Positions 42,280 to 55,092 of a stretch of DNA of 64,000 nt are shown here, piece by piece (the first letter of the stretch is position 1; each line of letters opens with the position of its first letter). The stretch is from an uncultured Methanoregulaceae archaeon (GTDB taxonomy: Archaea; Halobacteriota; Methanomicrobia; Methanomicrobiales; Methanospirillaceae), in contig OY969564.1 of assembly GCA_963701095.1 (NCBI GenBank), positions 576,001 to 640,000 of the forward strand, in the 5' to 3' direction. The position numbers and the translations under genes are program-made. The notes under the pieces are model-generated. The model did not search any database. It was not told the DNA's origin and saw only the letters and a list, made by a program, of their open reading frames with translations.

Positions 42280-44256
42280 GTGACAAATCCGCTCGACTGT
42301 CGCCACGATCAACGTCCCGATCCAGACACCCTGCTTGCTTGCGTCCAGAAAGAAGAACTACAAAACACTCGGGGTAAACTTAAGATTTTTTTAGGATATA
42401 TTGCCGGGGTCGGAAAGACATATGAGATGCTCAAATCTGCGCATCTCAAAAAGGATGAAGGCATTGACGCCAGGATAGGATACATCGAGCCTCACGGAAG
42501 AAAAGAGACTGAGGAGCTTATGGAAGGGCTCCCGATCATCCCTGTCCGCACTACCGAGTACCATGGCGTAAAACTTACCGAAATGGATCTTGATGCCATT
42601 CTTTCAGCACATCCTCAACTTGTTCTGGTTGATGAACTCGCTCATACCAATGTTCCTGGATCCCGACACCTGAAACGTTACCAAGACGTTGAAGAACTCC
42701 TTGCAGCAGGTATCGACGTCTATACCACGCTTAATGTGCAGCATATAGAAAGTCTCAATGATGTGGTTGCACGGATTACCGGTGTTATCATAAAAGAGAA
42801 AATCCCTGACAGGGTCATCGACGAGGCCTCAGAGATCGAAGTCATTGATCTGGCGCCGCCTGAATTGCTCCAGCGCCTTCGTGAGGGAAAGGTATATGTG
42901 CCCGATATGGCGGCCCGGGCAATCGAGCAGTTTTTTAATGAAGGTAATCTTTATGCCCTTCGTGAACTTGCACTTCGCCGGGCCGCTGAACGCGTCGATA
43001 ACCAGATGCTTGCTTATATGCAGACACGTTCAATTCCCGGTCCCTGGCCGGTTGGCGAATTCCTGCTAGTCTGCATTGGTCCCGGCCCACTCGCTGAAAG
43101 GCTTATCCGCACTGCCCGCAGGCAGGCTGACCGTATAAATGCACGCTGGTGCGCCATCTATATCGAAACGCCAACCCATCACCGGCTCTCGCGGGAAGCT
43201 AAAGAACAGGTCGATCGGTCACTTCAGCTCGCTGAGAAAATGGGAGCAATCACGACGACCCTGTTCGGACTCAATGTCGCAAATACAATCCTTGAGTACG
43301 CACGGCAGCACAACGTAACACGAATTATTATAGGAAAGACTCTGCGTCCCCGTTGGCAGGAGTTTGTTTTTGGATCGGTTGTCGACCAGCTTATTCACAA
43401 CAGCGGACCTATCGATGTCTACGTTATCAGCAGTGGCAAGGACCTTCCGGAAAAACCGGCGGCGACCGAACCCCTATTTCCGGCAACACCCCCGCGGGAT
43501 TATATAGACAGCCTGACGCTCGTCGTGGCGGTTACTATCTTTGGCTGGCTATTCCATGCCTTTATTTCCCCATTCAACCAGCTTATGTTTTACCTGCTTG
43601 CCGAAGTCGTCATCGCATTCAAGCGTAGCCTCAAGGCTGCAATCTTTACTGCGATCGTCGGTGTGCTCGCGTTCGATTTCTTCTTTGTGCCGCCCTATCT
43701 GACATTCCGGCTTTCCGACACTCAGTATCTTCCTACATTCCTTGCCATGATCATTGTTGGGACTGTCATTAGTATGCTTGTCACCCGTGCCAAACGTCAC
43801 GGTGACGCAGCCCAGGTTCGTGAAAAAGAAACCAGCACACTTTATGCACTCTCACAGGACCTTGCAGTAGCTATGGATGCAGCCGCGATCATGAGAGCCG
43901 TTAGTCAACACATACGGGAGATCTTCCAATGGGAGAGCGTCTTTTTCATCCCGGAAAACGGTCTTCTTGTTGTTCAGGCAAAGACCCCTGGGCTGGTTAT
44001 GGACGTAGATGATATTGCTGTAGCAACCTGGGCTTTCCAGCATGGAACCATCGCGGGTTACGATACCGATACCCTGCACGGGTCAAAACTCAGGTATATC
44101 CCGCTCCGGAGTACCCGGGGCGTTCTTGGGATTTTGGCAGTCCAGCCAATTGATCCCACAGGTGTTATCACCTATGAACAGTCCCGAATACTGACTGCAT
44201 TTGCAAACCAGGCAGCACTCGCACTTGAACGGGTAAATTTGGCAAAGGTCGTATAG
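42280..44256 (+). CDS. kdpD: KdpD sensor lacking the histidine kinase domains (KdpD-N, Usp, 4 TM, GAF)
   Basis: GKLKIFLG.AGVGKTYEML, LVDELAHTN, LRELALR, FDFFFVPP; ends at ALALERVNLAKVV with no H-box. Confidence 0.88.
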   Translation: MTNPLDCRHDQRPDPDTLLACVQKEELQNTRGKLKIFLGYIAGVGKTYEMLKSAHLKKDEGIDARIGYIEPHGRKETEELMEGLPIIPVRTTEYHGVKLTEMDLDAILSAHPQLVLVDELAHTNVPGSRHLKRYQDVEELLAAGIDVYTTLNVQHIESLNDVVARITGVIIKEKIPDRVIDEASEIEVIDLAPPELLQRLREGKVYVPDMAARAIEQFFNEGNLYALRELALRRAAERVDNQMLAYMQTRSIPGPWPVGEFLLVCIGPGPLAERLIRTARRQADRINARWCAIYIETPTHHRLSREAKEQVDRSLQLAEKMGAITTTLFGLNVANTILEYARQHNVTRIIIGKTLRPRWQEFVFGSVVDQLIHNSGPIDVYVISSGKDLPEKPAATEPLFPATPPRDYIDSLTLVVAVTIFGWLFHAFISPFNQLMFYLLAEVVIAFKRSLKAAIFTAIVGVLAFDFFFVPPYLTFRLSDTQYLPTFLAMIIVGTVISMLVTRAKRHGDAAQVREKETSTLYALSQDLAVAMDAAAIMRAVSQHIREIFQWESVFFIPENGLLVVQAKTPGLVMDVDDIAVATWAFQHGTIAGYDTDTLHGSKLRYIPLRSTRGVLGILAVQPIDPTGVITYEQSRILTAFANQAALALERVNLAKVV

Positions 44257-44333
44257 GATTACACTCCAACGCATATTAGTTTGGGAAAAATCTTTTTTTT
44301 GCAGGAATGATTGAGTCAAACCGCCAGAATAGT

Positions 44334-44564
44334 TTATATCAATCCGGTCCGACGGAGCCACAATCCAATGAGAATATATCCAAAAATAGCACCGATAATG
44401 ACGGTAACAGATTCGAGTAGTACAAGATAATTTCCGTTTATCGCAGATTCCAGGATAAAATAGAGAAACTGGAGAACTGCATACCCAACCAATACAATAC
44501 CTGCGTAGAGTACAACAAGGGCAATTGTACCGGAAATAATTAGATCATCCATGAATGAGCTCAT
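44334..44564 (-). CDS. Small 2-TM membrane protein
   Basis: 76 aa, hydrophobic; overlaps the stop of the glycosyltransferase. Confidence 0.55.
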   Translation of the reverse strand: MSSFMDDLIISGTIALVVLYAGIVLVGYAVLQFLYFILESAINGNYLVLLESVTVIIGAIFGYILIGLWLRRTGLI

Positions 44565-45649
44565 TCAAGATACTCCGCCAACAGCTCATTATAGAGCCTT
44601 TTTGTGTTCTCCGCAGTACGGGCCATTGCCGGAAACCCGGGAAAATCCCGTGTCTTTGCCACATCATCTGCAAGATCCAAGTGTTTCTGATTTACCGAAT
44701 AGTACCAATTTTTCTGCCGGTAATACCACGAGAGGTACTCCTGTTCAGTCTGCCCGGGTGTTGGTATCAGGAGCGCTTGGTTTTTTCCCAATTCGGCAAG
44801 CTCCATGAGGGTCGTATATCCCGAACGGCATATAATACACTGGGCACGGTTCATCAACTCGGTCTTTATTTCGGTAGAAACATAGGGAATACAGGTCCAA
44901 TTCCCGCTCCGGACTATGGCTTTTGGTCCCTGCGGACTCCCCAGCAACGCAACCCCAGAACCTTCAAGCTCCCCGATCTTTGCAAGGATAATCTTTTCGA
45001 GAATAGTCCTTTGAGGTTCAGGACCGGAAATAATAACAAGATAATCGAGGTCCTTCGCACATGCAATTTGATGGGTACCAGAGAGAATTCCCGAGAAAAA
45101 GACACGATCCCTGGCCACATCAGTTTGAGGAAGCGAAAGTTTTCCGGCAAGGGAAAGCTCGCCCGGAAGATTGTCAGGGACAATGATGCGGTTGTACCGC
45201 TCATGAAGAAACATATTTGCCGGAATAGCGAGCAGTTCAGCAGGCCAGTATAATAGTGGCAGGTGGTAATGGAGCTGATGGGAGATAAAGATGGACGGGA
45301 CCCGGGGAGAGAAAACGCCAAGCCTGTTATCACTTATGACAAGATCGTACTGATCTTTAGACAGGATAGTTTCCAGTGTTGCATGCTCGCGTGCAACTGC
45401 TTTGAGCATGAAGGGCAGGGAGGCACAGAAGCGCGGGACAAAAAACCGGCCAAAACTAAAAGCGACGGAATAATCAGGATAATCGATATATTGGGCATCC
45501 GGAAATTCCTGCCTGAGCACCGAGAGGGCATTACCACAGGCTGCAATCGTAACTTCATGACCATGATCATGCAGGGTCTTGATAACCGGGATATCACGCG
45601 TGGCGTGGCCAAGACCCCAGTTCAGTGGTGAGACAAGAACACGCGCCAT
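44561..45649 (-). CDS. GT-B glycosyltransferase (GT28/MJ1255-like)
   Basis: WGLGHATR, ICRSGYTTLME, IPTPGQTEQEYL. Confidence 0.88.
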   Translation of the reverse strand: MARVLVSPLNWGLGHATRDIPVIKTLHDHGHEVTIAACGNALSVLRQEFPDAQYIDYPDYSVAFSFGRFFVPRFCASLPFMLKAVAREHATLETILSKDQYDLVISDNRLGVFSPRVPSIFISHQLHYHLPLLYWPAELLAIPANMFLHERYNRIIVPDNLPGELSLAGKLSLPQTDVARDRVFFSGILSGTHQIACAKDLDYLVIISGPEPQRTILEKIILAKIGELEGSGVALLGSPQGPKAIVRSGNWTCIPYVSTEIKTELMNRAQCIICRSGYTTLMELAELGKNQALLIPTPGQTEQEYLSWYYRQKNWYYSVNQKHLDLADDVAKTRDFPGFPAMARTAENTKRLYNELLAEYLE

Positions 45650-45747
45650 CAGGTACTTCCCTGAATTAACATTGCACTAAAAAGTATATTGAGATGATGT
45701 ACAGCGGATTAAACAGGCTGTTTGGTTTTTTAGACTTCTTCGCCGGA

Positions 45748-46431
45748 TCAAATTGCGAGCATCCCTTCATTTTCACGCAACCAGTGCCGGTGACGCAGAT
45801 AATCCGGCATCACCTTTTCGACTTTTGCCCAGAAACGATCAGAGTGATCAGGCTGGCGCAGATGGACGAGTTCGTGAATAACCACATAATCAATAACTTC
45901 CGGAGGGGCAAGGATAAGACGCCAGCAGAACGATAGCGTTCCGGACGTACTACACGAAGCCCAACGCCGTCGTGTATCAGAGATCCGTATTTTTTTTGGA
46001 ACATAATCGAGAATTGCGGCGATCCCAGCGACACGGGCAGGTAATATCTCGGCCGCTTTTTCTGCGTACCACTCCTTAAGAAGCCTCCGACACTCTGGCA
46101 GTCGTTCTTCACCGATATAAAGCCGATCGCCAAGTGAGATCCCGGTATTGCTTCCCGAGAGCACTTCAAGAACATACAATTTCCCGAGGAACAGGAATTC
46201 TTCGCCCCGGACAAAGTGTCTTTCACCGAGTGACGGCCGGTTTTTTGTTTCAATTATCTTCTTTTCGATCCAACCACGTTTTTCTTCTACAACCTTCATG
46301 ATCCAAGCGTCTGACGCCCGTATCGGTGCACGGACGATAAGCGCCGCATCGGGAGTAATCTCAAGTGAAATGGTCCGGCGGCGGGAGCGGATTATCCGGT
46401 TTGGTCGAAGGTCGCCCATCGCGTAATTCAT
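45748..46431 (-). CDS. YgjP/DUF45 (SprT-like) zinc metallohydrolase
   Basis: RSRRRTISL, RWASCS, YVVIHELVHL..DHS.RFW. Confidence 0.88.
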   Translation of the reverse strand: MNYAMGDLRPNRIIRSRRRTISLEITPDAALIVRAPIRASDAWIMKVVEEKRGWIEKKIIETKNRPSLGERHFVRGEEFLFLGKLYVLEVLSGSNTGISLGDRLYIGEERLPECRRLLKEWYAEKAAEILPARVAGIAAILDYVPKKIRISDTRRRWASCSTSGTLSFCWRLILAPPEVIDYVVIHELVHLRQPDHSDRFWAKVEKVMPDYLRHRHWLRENEGMLAI

Positions 46432-46541
46432 TTTTAAATGGGAGTTCCTAGCAGATGAGCCTTTAGCGAATTATGCACCATCCCAAAATTTAATAGAATT
46501 ATTAGCAAATGCACATGTCTACCCTACAAAGGAGGGAAAAT

Positions 46542-47150
46542 ATGACGAATGTACCAAAAGGATGCCTCGATATGCTGACCGACAAGAACAGTATGCTTGT
46601 ACTTGTCGATTATCAGTCTACAATGTTCAAAGGTGTTGCATCAGGAGACAAAACCGTTATCCGGAATGCGGCGTTCTGTGCAGCAAAAGCGGCGAGTATC
46701 CTTTCGATCCCGGTCGTGCTTTCTGCCATTAATCCCTCCAGTAACGGGGATTTCATGCCAGAAATTACCAGATTATTTCCGGGACAAGAAGTATATTCTC
46801 GTAAAGTCCTTGGGTTTGATGCTTTTGAAGACGAGATGACGCGGAACGCAGCCAAGAAGGCGAACAGGAAGAAAATGGTAATCTCGGGTCTCTGGACAAG
46901 TATGTGTTTTGCCTATACTACTCTCCACGCGTTAAAGGAAGGATACGAGGTATATGGATTGATGGACGCGGCCGGTGACTCCACGCATGATGCCCATGAG
47001 TTCGGGATCAAAAGAATGATTCAGGCAGGAGTGATACCGATCACTGTTGAATCTCTTGTCTCGGAGTGGATGCACGATTGGGGGAACCCAAAGGTTGGCG
47101 ATCTGGTAAAGGAAGTATATTCACGATACGGGTATATGATCGGGTTTTAA
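46542..47150 (+). CDS. Isochorismatase/YcaC-like cysteine hydrolase
   Basis: LVDYQ, GLWTSMC, DAAGDS; AGGAGG RBS. Confidence 0.88.
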   Translation: MTNVPKGCLDMLTDKNSMLVLVDYQSTMFKGVASGDKTVIRNAAFCAAKAASILSIPVVLSAINPSSNGDFMPEITRLFPGQEVYSRKVLGFDAFEDEMTRNAAKKANRKKMVISGLWTSMCFAYTTLHALKEGYEVYGLMDAAGDSTHDAHEFGIKRMIQAGVIPITVESLVSEWMHDWGNPKVGDLVKEVYSRYGYMIGF

Positions 47151-47331
47151 TCCCGGATTTTTCCGCGTCAATAGTAAAACGTCTGATCGAGGTGCATTCA
47201 CCCTGGAACCTTTCACGTTTGAATCTGAAGAAAACGATGGGAGATCATCGGATGAGTGTTATCAAAATAACGCTGTAAGATATTATAAGAACACTCTGTT
47301 CACAGAAGGTAGAAATTGCCGGTCAAATGGA

Positions 47332-48921
47332 ATGACAGGACACATCACATTGCCCAATCTTATCACCAAAATTCAAGACTATTACCGTTTAACCCCAGTC
47401 CAAATTGAAAATGTAACCCGGTTAAAGAAAATATCCGATCATTTTAACAAAAGAATGGGTTTGCCATCTGATCCTAGTGAAAAGATTACATCAGATACAG
47501 TCATATTGGAATCAGGCCACCAGCCCAATTTTCTCCCGCATTGTGGAACATGGAAGAAAGCTTTCCTTCTCGATAGGATATATCGAAAACTTCAGGAAAA
47601 AGGGATTCCGGCAATTGCATTTTTCGGCCTTGCCGACCAAAACCAGTCTACCGCCCGATTACTCAGCAGAAATAGCATTCCTGATTTTAACAAAAAAGGA
47701 TCACTGGTAATCGGATTTCGAATAAAAGAACCTGATAAATATACGGGATTTGCTTCCCAGAAAAAGCCCGACCGCGATCAATGGGAAAAGGAAATGTCTC
47801 AGATTAAGACGCATTATCAGGATATGTTAACAAGGGCTGACCCGGTCGATAGAAGGATCCAACCACAATTAGAGACACTGATGGAGATCATTGAAGACTG
47901 TTATGAAAAGGCAGAAACTTTTGCAGATCTCAATTCTAGGATTTTTACAAGGATTTCCCATGATATTTTAGAATTGAAACTCAGTTTTTTCAGTTATTAC
48001 GATCTTCAACGAGAGAACCTTTTTCTTGAGGAATCCCGAAGACTTCTTGATAATTTTCAGGATTATTCTCGGATATACAACAATACTGTAGTACAAGAAA
48101 AACTTGATATCCCTGTGATCGAACCGACGGAGCTTCCATTATGGTATCATTGCACGTGCGGCAGAAAGCTTTCACCACTCCTAAAAGAATCTATGACCGC
48201 AGAGGCCGTCTGCCCAACTTGTAATTGTCATCACCGCTTGTCTTTTGAGAAGGGTTTCCACGATCTTAAAAATTATTATGCCAATATGGATTTTCGTGCG
48301 GTATCCAGAGAGATCATCATTTCCGAAGCAATTGGAAACAGTCTCTATATTTCAGGTTCCGGAGGTTCTCTCATCTACGGTAGGATATCAAGGCAAATTG
48401 CGGACGCTCTGGCATTTCACCGTCCTTTAACAGCTTACTGGCGTTCCGATGATAATTATCTCGGTTTAGCTCACGTAATCGTCTTGAAAGAGATGATGAA
48501 ATTGTTTTCTCTGAAAATAGATGACGTAGAAAATTCCAATCTTGCCGAAAAAACAAAAAATGTTATCAAGTCTGTTGAGCTAGACCTCGAAACGGCTGCG
48601 GCAGATGTACCTGATAAAAAGACAAGAGAAATTTTCAATCTGAAAAGGCGCCTAAACAGCCTGACAATGGTTCTGAATTCAGCAAACCAGATTTTTTCCT
48701 CGCCTCCTTCGGCATTCGATGTAATCGTCAGTACCAAACCAGAAACTATAACCGGACTGTGGGATTCAGCGCTTAATACTGCAGATATTTTATACGAAGG
48801 AGATCAGTTTTCTTTAGACGTCAATATAGACTATCCGCCATTTCTCTTGCCCGAAATTGCCCAGCAGACAGTACCTGTCATCTATCATTCCCTGAAAAAA
48901 TTAGGAGTTGCGGAGAACTGA
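47332..48921 (+). CDS. Uncharacterised BshC-like protein with a Zn ribbon
   Basis: SGHQPNFLP, CTCG..CPTC, LYISGSGGSLIY; 529-aa intact ORF, AT-rich. Confidence 0.6.
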   Translation: MTGHITLPNLITKIQDYYRLTPVQIENVTRLKKISDHFNKRMGLPSDPSEKITSDTVILESGHQPNFLPHCGTWKKAFLLDRIYRKLQEKGIPAIAFFGLADQNQSTARLLSRNSIPDFNKKGSLVIGFRIKEPDKYTGFASQKKPDRDQWEKEMSQIKTHYQDMLTRADPVDRRIQPQLETLMEIIEDCYEKAETFADLNSRIFTRISHDILELKLSFFSYYDLQRENLFLEESRRLLDNFQDYSRIYNNTVVQEKLDIPVIEPTELPLWYHCTCGRKLSPLLKESMTAEAVCPTCNCHHRLSFEKGFHDLKNYYANMDFRAVSREIIISEAIGNSLYISGSGGSLIYGRISRQIADALAFHRPLTAYWRSDDNYLGLAHVIVLKEMMKLFSLKIDDVENSNLAEKTKNVIKSVELDLETAAADVPDKKTREIFNLKRRLNSLTMVLNSANQIFSSPPSAFDVIVSTKPETITGLWDSALNTADILYEGDQFSLDVNIDYPPFLLPEIAQQTVPVIYHSLKKLGVAEN

Positions 48922-49084
48922 CCAAAAAAATTTTACATCCAGATTTTTCCCTCAACCAATCCTAAACCATCTCATGGATGTGGATCCCTTTTGGAACCCT
49001 TCATAAATAACACGGATATGCTCTCCTTTCCTTGAGAAACGCTGTCGGTTTTCATTTGGGATCCTAAGATTCGGTCACAAAAAC

Positions 49085-50267
49085 TCATTCTGTTTCGATA
49101 TAACAGAAGGGATCTTCGGCTAAAAAATCACCAGTCTTAGCATACGCACGGACCCGGCAGCCACCTCCACAGAGATCGAAATACCCGCATGTTTTACATT
49201 TCCCCTCGGTACGATTAGGTTTTCTCCGAAAACATTCAAGCACCGGGTGTCCATCATCAGCCCAGAGCATACTGAATGGTTTTAAGCGAATATTACCGAT
49301 AAGAAAATCCGGGAACGGGCAAACTGGCAGGGATACACATTGCCGCACGGATCGATATTGGCTACACGGTTGCCTGCACTGCATCCACCTTTTAATGATG
49401 CAATCAGATCGCGGGCGTATTCAAGGTCTGCTGATCCATCCCTTTCCATAGACTGGATCAGGTGGATACAATCCTGTGGTGCATCAACGGTGAGAAATTC
49501 CATAGTGCCGGGATCTATTTCATTAGCTTTTCGATACAGGATGCTAAGCGCTTCAGTCACTTCACCCTTGTCCAACTGCAGCCGGGCGTAGGAATCGCTT
49601 CCTCGTCCTGTTGGTACCAGCCAGTATAGGCAGAATCGGGAAGCACCGAGAGAAAGAGAGAGATCAACGAGATCTTCAAGTTCCCTGCAGTTTTCTTTTG
49701 TAAGGGTGATCCGGACCCGCACCGGAGCCCGGCCTCCTTACAGGCAGCAAATGCACTGATTGTTTGTTCAAACGCATCACAAGAATTACGGAACCGGTTG
49801 TGAGTCGCTGCCTTCGCACCGTCAAGCGAAATTCCGGCATATTCAATCCCGCATTTTTTTACCCTGTGGGCAATGTCGGAGGTTATGAGTGTTCCGTTGG
49901 TGCTGAGCGCCATTTTGAGACCACGGTTGCCGGCATAACGTGCCAATTCCCAGATATCCTCGCGGATAAGTGGTTCCCCACCGGTGAATAAGATAAGAGG
50001 GACACCCATTTCCGCAAGATCATCAATGACCCCCAACGCTTCAGCGGTTGTAAGCTCCTCCTCCGTTGTGCGTCCAGGTCCTGATTTGCTGTAACAATGG
50101 GTACATCTCAGGTTACAGCGATCCGTAAGGTTCCAGAAGACTACCGGCCGGTAATTCGTGGAAAATGCAAGATAATTACTAGGTACTTCGGCTTGCGGTT
50201 TGTGGCAGTGCTGTAATACACTGCTGACTGTTCCCCTTCCGTGCAGACACTGAGTAATCCGGTTCAT
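49085..50267 (-). CDS. ahbC: Radical SAM/SPASM Fe-coproporphyrin III synthase, two 1-nt deletions (near 49716 and 49311)
   Basis: VVFWNLTDRCNLRCTHCY, TVDAPQD, GCSAG..PCQF, CKTC..CGGGCRVRA..EDPFCY. Confidence 0.82.
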
Positions 50268-50752
50268 TTTAGGTTTTTCCCGTTCTCACGCAGACGAACA
50301 TTCGGCACACGCTTAAACTCCCGGGTGCTGAAAAGGACTACATAATTCCGGCAGCCGGTTTGTTCTGCAATAGTCTTGACATCATCTAGGACCTGATCCC
50401 TGTTATGCCCATGGTGCACAGTATAATGCGTGTACTCCCACCTGCCCGGTACAGGCATGCGTTCATAGCAATGGGTTGCTGAAGGAAATGCTGCAAGCAG
50501 TTTCCCAAGATTGTCTCTTCCAGATCCTACGGGTTTCCACGCCACAAGAGCGTTCGCGGTGATCCCTACCCTTCGCTGATCGATGCGGGCCCGGAATTTT
50601 CGGATGATACCAGATTTCTTCAGGAGCCGGATCCGTTCCACAACTTCGTCGCCACTGATGTCCAATCGCTTTCCGATCTCTTCAAAAGGTGCCGGGACGA
50701 ATGGGAGACCCTGTTCCATTTCCCGAAGTAATTGAACATCAGTCAGATCCAT
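50264..50752 (-). CDS. ahbB: Siroheme decarboxylase subunit beta (AsnC-like)
   Basis: GLPFVPAPF, NALVAW, THCYER..W.YTHYTVHH, LFSTREFK. Confidence 0.88.
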   Translation of the reverse strand: MDLTDVQLLREMEQGLPFVPAPFEEIGKRLDISGDEVVERIRLLKKSGIIRKFRARIDQRRVGITANALVAWKPVGSGRDNLGKLLAAFPSATHCYERMPVPGRWEYTHYTVHHGHNRDQVLDDVKTIAEQTGCRNYVVLFSTREFKRVPNVRLRENGKNLK

Positions 50753-51251
50753 GAGAAACCTCCCCGGATTGGACGGGCAAAAAGGAAAACCGCACATCAA
50801 TTTTTATCTTTTTTACTGTCGGTAAATTAAGAGCATCCGATACCTGAATCCCGGTCCTCTCAAGCATATCATTCAGCACACGTTCAATCTCCTTCTTATC
50901 CTGCGCAGCAATTGTGAACCAGAGAGAATAGTAATGATCCCGTTTGAAGTTATGCGATACTTCCGAATAGCTACTGATGATAGCAGCAATCTTGTCTACT
51001 CTCTCCTCCGGTACATGGAGGGCAACCAGTGTCGCAGCACGCAGGCCGATATGGTGGGATTCAAGTACAGGGGATATGCCCCGGATAATTCCTGAATCTT
51101 TCAACCGATTCATCCGAATGAACATATCAGTTTCCGTAATGCCCAACCGGTCAGCGATTGCCTCCCATGGCCGGGGGACCAACGGGAGATCATCCTGGAG
51201 GGCATTGAGTATGGCCAGATCGGTCATGTCGGGAGTAAAATTGCTTGTCAT
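50739..51251 (-). CDS. ahbA: Siroheme decarboxylase subunit alpha (AsnC-like)
   Basis: LQDDLPLVPRPW, TLVAL, VSHNFKRDHYYSLWFT, KIDVRF. Confidence 0.88.
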   Translation of the reverse strand: MTSNFTPDMTDLAILNALQDDLPLVPRPWEAIADRLGITETDMFIRMNRLKDSGIIRGISPVLESHHIGLRAATLVALHVPEERVDKIAAIISSYSEVSHNFKRDHYYSLWFTIAAQDKKEIERVLNDMLERTGIQVSDALNLPTVKKIKIDVRFSFLPVQSGEVSHGSD

Positions 51252-52348
51252 AATGTCATCTCCCCGGGCTTGTACAGGCACCAAGGATCTTCGCCGCAGC
51301 ACTCCCCGTTATAAGTCCCCGGTGTTGCAAGACCATCGCACCAGAGCGGGGATGCTGCGTCTTCTCCTAAGTATGCCCGGGCCCGGCAGCCACCGCAGGT
51401 CGTTTTGAAACTGCACTTTCCACATTTTCCCATAAGCCGCGATGGATCCCGGAGAGCGACAAAGAGCGGTGAATTGTTCCAGATCTCAGAAAACGGCGTA
51501 GTCCGGATATTGCCAACACTTACCGATAAATACGGGCAGGGGGTTACATCGCCGTTGGCAAAGATCCGGCAATAGGTAATACCGGCAAGGCAGCCTCGTC
51601 CCCACGCGGGATTGATGATGCCAAGACTATCCGCTATTCTCCGGAACTGCGGGGCGCAGGTCGGGCGGATGTTCAGATTGCTGTCCCGGTACCGGATGAG
51701 GACCTGCCGGATTAGCTCTTCATATTCTATCGGGCCGCGCGGGGCGATCTTCGATGCCCTGCCGGTTGGAATGGGGAAGAAGAGCTGATAATCGTGAACG
51801 CCAAGCGAAGTCCCGAGCCCGATCACATCTTCGACATCGCTTATGGAAGATCGCATTACCGACATATTGATTTGTATCGCGATTCCTGCATCGCGGCAAT
51901 GTCCAATCGCCTGCAAGGCTCTCTCCCACACTCCATTAAGACCCCGAAAAGAATCGTGAGTTGCTGGATCTTTTGAGTCCAGGCTTATGGCTACTGCCTT
52001 TATCCCGGCGTCCCGGAGATTCTTCGCTGCATCCTGATCGATGAGATACCCGCTGGTCCCAATCGCCATCCGGAGCCCCTGCTCCGTGCCATACCGGGCA
52101 ATCTCATAGAGGTCGTCTCGCATCAGGGGCTCGCCTCCGCTGAGCACGACTACCGGAGTTCCAATCGCCCGGATCTGATCAATGACTGCGAATGCTTCCT
52201 CAGTGGAGAGTACTCCATCTGCCTCCTTTTCGCCCGCATCCACATAACAGTGAGAACACTTCAGCGGGCACCGCAGCGTGATATTCCATGAAATGATACG
52301 CGGTGCACTTGATGTACCCTTCAATGTTTCAGTCTGTTTGCCAAACAC
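51248..52348 (-). CDS. ahbD: Radical SAM/SPASM heme b synthase
   Basis: ISWNITLRCPLKCSHC, PTCAPQFRR, GCLAG, PCPY, GKCGKC..CGGCRARA. Confidence 0.85.
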   Translation of the reverse strand: MFGKQTETLKGTSSAPRIISWNITLRCPLKCSHCYVDAGEKEADGVLSTEEAFAVIDQIRAIGTPVVVLSGGEPLMRDDLYEIARYGTEQGLRMAIGTSGYLIDQDAAKNLRDAGIKAVAISLDSKDPATHDSFRGLNGVWERALQAIGHCRDAGIAIQINMSVMRSSISDVEDVIGLGTSLGVHDYQLFFPIPTGRASKIAPRGPIEYEELIRQVLIRYRDSNLNIRPTCAPQFRRIADSLGIINPAWGRGCLAGITYCRIFANGDVTPCPYLSVSVGNIRTTPFSEIWNNSPLFVALRDPSRLMGKCGKCSFKTTCGGCRARAYLGEDAASPLWCDGLATPGTYNGECCGEDPWCLYKPGEMTL

Positions 52349-52403
52349 TGCCCGAGATCCTTATCCACTTTGTTAAGATTCTTAACTATTGAAGACATTT
52401 ATG

Positions 52404-54594
<2,191 letters not shown>

Positions 54595-55092
54595 TCATAC
54601 ATAGGTAGAAGGAAAATCCCTTTAATTAATATTGGTATGATGATCGTGCTCATTAGTGTTTTTTACGAGTCCTAATAACTCGGAATTTGAAATCAGAAAA
54701 AATTGTTATGGCTTGGATAATGAAGACATAATGTTGTGACGTCTTATTTCACTACAATATTGTATTTCTTTAAAAATTGAAGCATGAAATGACGTTATCT
54801 ATTATAATCCCTCAATAAAACTATAGGAATTTTTTGATATATAGAACAAATTAAAAAGATATATAGTTGCGTATTTCTAATATCTCATTGGTTAAGTATC
54901 CACAAGTGAGGTGGCAGATTGTATGCGAATACTCAGATGCGAACGCTGTATAAAACCCTGTCTGTTAACAACCCTTAACGATATAGAGATGAAATTCTGC
55001 CCCGTTAATAAAGGATCGGCAGATTGGAAACTGGTCAACAGGAAAGAGCAAGTGGTTACGTAACCCTATCGCGTTACCAGCGGTGGTTTCCC

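Noticed and set aside
49085..52348. Radical SAM/SPASM peptide maturases
   Set aside because: The flanking AhbA/AhbB genes and specific motifs identify them as AhbC and AhbD.
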